64,000 nucleotides of DNA from Candidatus Marinacidobacterales bacterium. GTDB lineage: Bacteria; Acidobacteriota; Vicinamibacteria; Marinacidobacterales; DATDRI01. Of the stretch, positions 48,501 through 57,500 are shown piece by piece. How positions within the stretch are numbered: the stretch's first letter is position 1; each line of letters begins with the position of its first letter. The translations under genes and the position numbers were made by a program. The stretch lies in the NCBI GenBank assembly GCA_965226495.1, contig OZ245365.1, positions 576,001 through 640,000 of the forward strand, in the 5' to 3' direction. Below the pieces are notes generated by a model, which saw only the letters and a list, made by a program, of their open reading frames with translations, searched no databases and was not told where the DNA came from.

Positions 48501-51500
48501 ACGAGATTCTCTACATCTTGTCTCGGGATTCCGCTACTCAGGTCACACTGCAAACCGCGACGGCCAATGATCATAGCGGTGGCGTGTCTTACACCATCAA
48601 GCGCGCCTTCTCGGGCGTGGACCCCATTCAGGATTGGGAGACCGCTCGCCAAGGCGACCTCGTTGCCCTGAATCGACGCGAGGTAGGAGTTGCCTACAAC
48701 GATGGTGTGTTCGTCAATGGGGTGGACATCAGCGGCTCTGTCACCGACTCGTGCCACTTCATGAGGCTCACTGTGGCTGAAGGCCAGCGACATACCGGCG
48801 TGGCCGGGACCGGTGTTCGGATCGATATGAGCGGCGAGCCCGATCCCCTGGTAGGCGAGCTCGAAACCTTTGACGACTATGTTGTCATCGAGTGGTTCGA
48901 GGTGACCGGTGTCACGGGTAACGCCACCTTCTCTGGTGTGCGGATGGGCAATTTTAGCGCGAACATACTCCTCTCCAACTTAATCCTCCACGGCAATGAA
49001 AATGGCGCAAGAGCCTCGGGTGCTTCCCCCCATAGTTTCACGATCCGAAACTCCATCATCTACGACAACAACGGCGTGGGTATCGAAGGCGACGAGGTGG
49101 GAGATACATTCTTTATTGACAATTGCACGATCTACAACAATTTGTTTGCCGGCGTCGACGCGGTGTTTTCAACGATGACGGTTCGGAACACGATATCGAT
49201 GAACAACCCGCCGGGCTCCGACTTCAAGGCCTCGGCGGGGACGCTGAATCAATCGAACAATATCTCCTCCGACGGTACCGCCTCCGGCGCCGGCTCGCTC
49301 ATCAACCGTACCGCCACCGCCAACGGCAGCCCCGGTGCCGGTGACTGGGTGATTTTCGACAACCTCACCGCGGGCAGCAAGAGCTTCCATTTGCAGAACA
49401 GTGTGGAGAACGATGCCATCGATGCCGGAACGAATCTCTCCTTCAGTTTCGCGGACGACGTCGATGGCGAGATCCGTCCCGCAATCTGGGACGTGGGCGC
49501 CGATGAGCTCTTTGCGGGTGCCGCATCGCTCACCTTGGCCGACCACGATGCGAGCCAGGTCGGTGACAGATTCACCACCACTTCACCGGTCACCGATGGA
49601 CTCTTCCGCTTCAAGCTCACTCGCTCCGGCACGGTGACGATCGACACCGTCAAGGTGAACTTCACCACGGGCTCCGGTGTGGTCAATGGAGATGTCTCGG
49701 CCGGAGAGCTCTGGATCGACACCGACAACGACGGTGTCATCGATGGCGGCGATACCTTAATTCAGGGAAGCGTCACTCCGTCAGGAGGGGTGCTCACCTT
49801 TACCAACAACGTCTCACCCGGCACCGGCGGGACGAACTACCTGGTGCGGGCGACGGTCGCGAACCTGGCCGCCGGCGACTCGACCACCTTCTCGGTAGGG
49901 ACTGCCGATATCGATGAGGTCGAGGGAGGCGTTACCGAGTCCGGCGCGATCACGAACGCCGTTCACACACAAGAAGTAGGCGCCGTCATCTACTACTCGG
50001 TGGGAACGGACAGCACCGCCCTCTATTCGGACACCGCCTTGGCATCGGCAGGGGTCCTCACGCTGAACAGCGCTGCAGCCAACAACATCGGGGTTGGTGA
50101 CGAGATACGGGAGGGAGCGAATCGTTACTACATCACCGGGCGCAACTCCACGACCGAGTTTACGATTCAGGATTCTGCTGCGAATGGTGGCACACCGGGC
50201 GATGCGAATATTAACTTCGCGCTGACTGGGATTACCATTTTCAGGGCGTTCAACACTCTCACGCTAGCCGAGGCAAATTCGCCGGATGGCAACCATCTCA
50301 ATACCTCCGACCTCGTCGGCAGCAACTTTCAGCTCAACTGGACTTGTTACGACGACACCGCGATGAATGATGCGGAGATCGTTATCGACGGCTGGACCAG
50401 TACGGGAGTATCGAATTACATCCGTATCTACACCCCAACGGATAGCAGCGAAGTCGGCACGACACAACGCCATAATGGAGTGGCCGGAAGCGGATTTCGC
50501 CTGGTCCCCTCGAACGCTTCTCCACCTAGCGCGTATGTCGTTATCTACATGTTCGAAGACTACGTTCGTATCGAGGGCATTGAAATCGACGGGTCCAATA
50601 TCTCCAACGGGCAGGATCTGATGGCCGTACGAACGAGCAGTTCTGTTTCTCCTGCGGGGGACTATCGGTTCGACTACCTCCTCATACATGATTTCGCCAA
50701 CTCTTCGGTCAATCAGGCAACGCAAGACGGCGACATGTTCATCATTGCGGTCAGAGAGGGAAGCGCGAAAATAAGCAACAGCATTTTGTATAACTTCGAA
50801 CAATTCAACAATAACGTGACCTCCAGCATTGCCGCCATTCGGTTCGAGGGAGCTGGGACCAGCTACGTCCACAACGTGACCATCTACAACATAAAGGACA
50901 CGGTGGGTACCGGGAGCTGTCGTGGGGTGGACAATTTTGGCGGGCCGACACTTACGGCACGAAATGTTGCCGTGTTCGACGTCATCAGCTCTCTCGATGA
51001 CGAGCAGTGCTTCAACGGGGTCACCACGCAGAGCAACAACGTGTCCTCGGATGCCACCGCGGTCGGCCCCCAGAACCAAACGGCGTACGCTACGTATTTC
51101 ATCGACATCACTGACGGCAGCGAAAATCTTCACCTACGGAACGACTCCAATACCCTTTGGGGTTCGTTTGGCGCCGATCTAGACGGCGATCCGGACCTTC
51201 CGGTGACCGACGACATCGACGGCGATGCACGGGATGCATCGACTCCCGATATCGGCGCCGATGAGTTCAGCTCCAATCCGACAACCAACTATCGCTCCAT
51301 CGGACCGGTAGCGGACTACACGACGAACGACGTCACTGCGACTAACGGCTCGCCCATCGTTATCGGGAACGCAACCGCTTGGGTGACGGCCAACCGCGGT
51401 CGCGGGGACCGGATCCAAATCGACGCGACCGACTACACCATCTTGTCGGTGGATACCAACACCCAGCTCACGCTGACCGAGCCCTTTACCGGCGCGACGG

Positions 51501-54500
51501 GCCCCGGAAAGGCGTACACGATCTCCCGGCAATTCGACACGCTTCAAGAGTGGGAGGATTGCATCAGTGCCGGGGTAGGCTGTGTCTATTTCCCGGTCAC
51601 CGGCGGGGATCTCGTCGCCGATGACCGGGTTGAAGTGGGCATCGCTTACGACGACGGCGTCTTTGCCTTGACGTCCACGGTCACTATCGACGGCTCGACC
51701 ACGGACGCAACCCACACCATCACCCTCACTGCGGATGGCGTAAACCGGCACTACGGAGTCACCGGCGCGGGAGTCGTCGTGGATGGACAAGACTTCGCGC
51801 GCGAGCTGCTCATCCTGGACAATAATGTCACCGTCGAATGGCTGGAGTTCATCCGGGTCCGGGGCGCGGACAACCGAGCCGCGATAAGGGTCGCCGGCCC
51901 AGTCGGCGAACCGTCGACGAACATTCTCTTGCAGAACCTTCTGATTCACGATTTCTTGGACCCCGGCGTCAATCGTGTAAGCGGGATACGTCTTTCGGGT
52001 GACCCGGGCAAGAGCGTGACTGTCCGCAACTGCATGATCTGGGACGGGGATCAAATAGGTATCGAGGCGGACGAGACGACGGATACGCTCATTGTCGAGA
52101 ACTGCTCGATTGACAACATGGATAGTACGGTCGAGAGCAACGGAACCGGCATCGCCGCGATCAATACCGACGTGACCGTCCGGAACACCATCGCTACGAG
52201 CAACCCGGCGGGAGACTTCATCGCGACCGGCTCAGGTGGTTACTCAGGGGCCAGCACCAACAATACCGCTTCTGATGGCACGGCCCCGGGCGCCAGCGCC
52301 CAAACCGCTGCCGCGGTCGATCTTTTCGTGGCTCCTAACTCCAACTTGCATCTCATAAGCGGCGCGGTCGCCATCGACACTGCGGTCGACCTCTCACCGA
52401 GCTTCTCGAACGACATCGACGGGGACGGCCGCCCGTTCGGGCTTTCTTGGGACAGGGGTGCGGATGAATTTGGTCAAACCTACTACCGCTCCATCGGACC
52501 GGCGCCGGACTACACCACCGGTACCATCGATGCCACGAACGGCTCCGCGGTGGTAACGGGAACCGGGACGAGTTGGCAGACGGCGAATCGCGGGCGGGGC
52601 GACGCCATTACATTCCCCTGCCCGGACCCTCCAACCTGCACTGGCGGCACCGATTACACGATCCTCTCGGTCGATTCCGAGACGCAACTCACGCTAACGG
52701 CACCGGTGAGCGGCAATTTCACGGGAACGTACAACGTCGCCCGGCAATTCGACACACTCCAAGAGTGGGAGGACTGCATCAGTGCTGGAGTAGGCTGTGT
52801 TTACTTCCCGGTGACCGGCGGGGATCTCGTCGGCGACAACCGGGTTGAAGTGGGTATCGCTTACGACGACGGAGCCGCCTTCGCCGAGCTCTTGATCGAC
52901 GACGCCACCACTGATGCCAACCACACGATCACCCTCACGGTGGATCCCGGAAACCGGCATAACGGGATTGCCGGTCAAGGGGTGGTGGTCGACCTAGGTC
53001 CTCTGGGCACGATCGATGCGGTGCGAGTGAGAGACGATTTCGTGACCGTGGAATGGCTGGAAATCACAGGTGGACAGCCAACACAAGGCGCGGAGGGCAT
53101 CCATGTCCGCGCTCAGAGCCCTTCTAACCAAATCATTTTGCGGAATAACATCGTTCACGATGTCGATGGAGACGGAATCGTCAGCGCCTACGAAGGCGTC
53201 AATATCGATATCTATAACAACATCGTTTACGGGGGCGCGCTCAATGGCATTCGGATCAACGCCGTGACTCCACCCCACACCGGCGTGATCCGCATCTTGA
53301 ATAACACCGTCTATAACAACGCCCTTAGGGGGATTCGCTCCAGCGATGCGGGTAGCGGGAAGTTGCTTCAAAACAACATCGCCCACAGTAATTCGCCGGG
53401 GTTGGATTTCTCGATTACTGGAACCCTCGATCCGGCCAGCAGTAACAACTTGGCCGGCGACGCGAGCGGTATTGCGCACTGCCCGGCGGGAGGAGGCATC
53501 GACTCGGTCCCGCTATCTGGTGCCGGCGGGGTGAACTTCGTTTCTACCGTCAGTGGCTCGGAGGACCTTCACATTACCAGCGCTAGCCGCGCGGTGGGGG
53601 CGGCGGCGGATCTGAGCGGCATCTTTACCGACGACATCGACGGGTGGATCGCGCGGCAAGCTCCTTGGGATATCGGTGCGGATGAGGTCGACGGGGCGGC
53701 GACCTCACCCACCAACTACCGCTCTATCGGAGGCGCGCCGCACTACACCGCCCCCGGTACTATCGACGCCACGGGCGGCTCCAATGTGGTGACCGGAACC
53801 GCCACGACTTGGCTGACGGCGAATCGCGGGCGGGGCGACGTCATCACCTTCCCGTGCCCGGACCCCCCAACCTGCACCGGCGGCACGGACTACACAGTTC
53901 TCTCGGTCGACTCGAACACGCAGCTCACCCTGACGACGCCGGTGAGCGGTAACTTCACGGGAACCCACAAGATCTCGCGGCAATTCGCGGCGCTTCAGGA
54001 CTGGGAGACCTGCATCTCCAGTGGAGTAGGTTGTGTCTATTTCCCCGTCGGTGGCGGTGACCTCGTGACCGACAACCGAAGCGAGGTGGGGATCGCCTAC
54101 GACGATGGAGCCTCCTTTGCCAGGGTCACGATCGATGGCTCCATAACCGATGCCAACCACACCATCACCCTCACGGTCGACCCAGGGAACCGGCATTACG
54201 GGATTGCCGGTCAAGGCGTTTTGCTCGACAACGGCACTGACACCAACGACGCACTTAGAATAGAGGACGATTTCGTGACCGTGGAATGGCTAGAGATCCA
54301 AGGTGGGGACATCCCGTCCCAACCAAGGGGCATTTTTGTTGCCAACCAGAACGTGCCGAACAAGATCATCGTGAGGAACAATCTCATTCATGAGGTAGGG
54401 GAAGACGGAATCGCGACTCTCGAGGCGGACCTCGTTATGGATGCGTATAACAACATCATCTACGCCACACCGGATGATGGCATCCAGATCGGCGAAACTC

Positions 54501-57500
54501 TCGGCCCAGGGGCTCAGATCCGCCTCTTGAACAATACCATTTACAATTGTACAGACCAGGGAATCACCTCTGCCGTTGGCGATCACTCCACAGTGACACT
54601 GCAAAACAACATTGCCTTCTGCACTGGCAACGATTTCAACATTACCCTACCCGTCAATCCCGCGAGCAGTAACAACCTCTCCGGTGACGGGACTGCAACG
54701 GCCCGTAGTCCCGCCGGGGGCGACCGGCCTAACGTTGCACTGGTGGATGTTCAATTCGTCAACACAGCTGGCCCTATCGACCTTCACATCCGGAGCGGAA
54801 GTCTCCTCGGTGCCGAAGATGGGGGCGTCGATTTGAGCTCCGTTTTCAACTTGGACATCGATGCCGGGGCACGCACGGTTCTCTGGGAGATCGGGGCGGA
54901 TGATGTCGAGGCGACCACGGCGGTGGAGCTGGTGTTGTTCGAGGCTGTGGGTACAGACGGTGCTGTGGAGCTTAGGTGGGAGACCGGCTCGGAGCTCGGT
55001 AACCTGGGGTTCCATCTCTACCGGTCAAACACGGAGGAAGGCCCCTACGATCGGATCACGGCGAGCGTGATCCCAGGCTTGGGCTCGTCGCCCGAGGGTG
55101 CGAAGTACGCGTATCGCGACTCTGGCCTGACCAATGGCGTGACGTACTTCTACAAGCTGGAAGACATCGAGACGACCGGGATAACAGAGCTCCATGGACC
55201 GGTGTCCGCGATACCTACCGCGGAAGTTGTCGTCGAAGGCGACACCGGCGGCGAGGACGATTCGAGCGGAGACGAGCTCGGCGATCTGACCTCCCGCATC
55301 ACGTACGGCGACCCATCTGCGAACGAGCTGAACGTACGCCGCCGCGGGAAGAAGTGGATGGAGCTGGAGCTGATTACGGAAGGTTTCTACGCCATACCGC
55401 AAGACGACGGCTCAGTACTCCTTGAGGTCCCTGGCTTCGAAGACTTCGGGGGTCCGGACTTGCCCGATGTGCCGGCCTACCGTACCTGGCAAGACGTCTT
55501 GGCGGGTCGCAGGGTGAAGCTGGCATCGGTGAAGACCTCCGGCATGGCCGAGTTTGCAAGTCTGCGTCCGAGCTCCTCTGAGCTGATCGTCGTGGCTTCG
55601 GGAGACGGCACGGTGCAGACCGGCCGTCGCCGTAGAAAGCGACGCCAACCCCCTCATGTTTACTACCCCGAGTCCTGGGCCCAGCTAATGAACGTGGGTT
55701 TCCAAGGTCCGGCGAAGAAGGCACTAGTCGAGATGGCGCCGCTCCGGTGGGATGCCACGGCCGAGAAACTGGTCCTGGCCCGCCGCATCGTGGTCCGCAT
55801 CGCGTTCAAGGGTAAAGACAAGGCGGAGCTGAAACTTGGCAAGAGCCACCGAGAAGTCGGAAGCCATGCGAACCGGAGCGTCTACGCCCGGATAGCCGTG
55901 ACGGAGCCGGGTCTCTATGGGGTCAGCTACGAGTCGGTTTTCGGCAATAGGAGAAAGGCCATCAAGACGAGCGCTTTGAGACTGAGCCGTCAGGGAGTGC
56001 CGGTGGCGTTCTTCGTGAGCCCGAACGCCAAGAAGTTCAAGAAGAAGTCGGTGCTGTACTTCCTGAGCGATGGGGCGGCTTTGAACCCGTATGGTCACGA
56101 AGCGGTCTACGAGCTCGAGTCGAGCTCCGAAGGCTTGCAGATGGGAGCCGTGGACGGAAGCCCGGTAGGTGCGCCCACGAGCTTTTACTGGAAGACACTC
56201 GAGCGAGAAGAAAACCTTTTGTACCAGGCGGCCTTCGAGGGCGAAGAGGACATCTGGCAGTGGGATTGGCTGTTCGGCCCGATGACCAACGGCTACCCGT
56301 TCGAAGTCACGAACCTATCGCCGGTGGCCGAAAACTCGAAGCTCAGAGTGTGGCTCCACGGAGCGAGTGACTTCCCCGAGGACCCCGACCACCACGTAAG
56401 ACTCTACGTGAATGGAACCCTACTCACCGACACCTGGTGGGATGGCGAGACGCCTCACTTCGTGGAAGCGGAGCTTGGTCCGGGCTTGCTCCAAGAGGGC
56501 GAGAACACTCTGGAGATCGAAGAAGTGGGGGACACGGAAGCCCAGTACTCGATGGTGATGCTGGACCGTTTCGAGGTGAGCTACCCTGCCCAGCTCCTAG
56601 CCGAAGAGGGTGAACTGAAGGGCCTCTTCAGCGAGTCAGGAGTGGCGACTATCACTGGCCCACGTGGACAGATTGGAGCCCTCAGCCCACCCGCAGTCGC
56701 GCAGTCGACGGAGGGTGAGCCTTGGGGGTGGGGCCCCAAGGCATTGATATTCGACGTGACGGAGACCGAACCGCGACGAATCAGCGGAGCGAGCGTCGTT
56801 CCGGGTGGCTTGAGCTTCGGCGTGGAGTCGGGCCGTCACTATTTATTGACGGACTCGGTGAAGATTCCGGAAGTGAGCCGCGCGCAGTCGACCGGTCTCA
56901 AGCAAGTATGGAGCCGTGCTGAGTATCTGGTGATCGGACCTAGAGAATTCCTGGCTGCCGCGGTGCCGCTACTGGCCCACCGGAGGAACGAGGGTCTGAT
57001 AGCGGGAGCGATTGCGACGGAAGACATCTTCGACGAGTTCGGCTATGGCGAGGCGACACCGGAGTCGATCCGGGATTTCTTGAGCTACGTGTACCACCAC
57101 TGGAGCGAGCCGACCCTGAGGTACGTCGTCCTACTAGGAGACGGGACGTATGACACCAAGGACTATCTAGCAACCGGCGTCACGAGCCAGGTGCCGGTGA
57201 AGATCCTGAAGACGCGTTACATCTGGACGGCGTCGGATCCGTGGTACGGCGCCATCAACGGCGACGATATCTTGCCGGACGTGGCGATCGGACGACTACC
57301 CGCGGCCTCGGTAGAAGAAGCGGAGAGATTGGTTCAGAAGATCCTCGAGTACGAATCCGGGGAGGGAGATCCGGAGGCACCTTTTGTCCTGGTGGCGGAC
57401 AACCCGGACCATGGAGGAGACTTCGTGGCGAACGCGGAGGAGCTTGCGACGACGGTACTGTCTGGCCAAGAGATTGACGAGCTCTATCTTTCCGAGTTGG

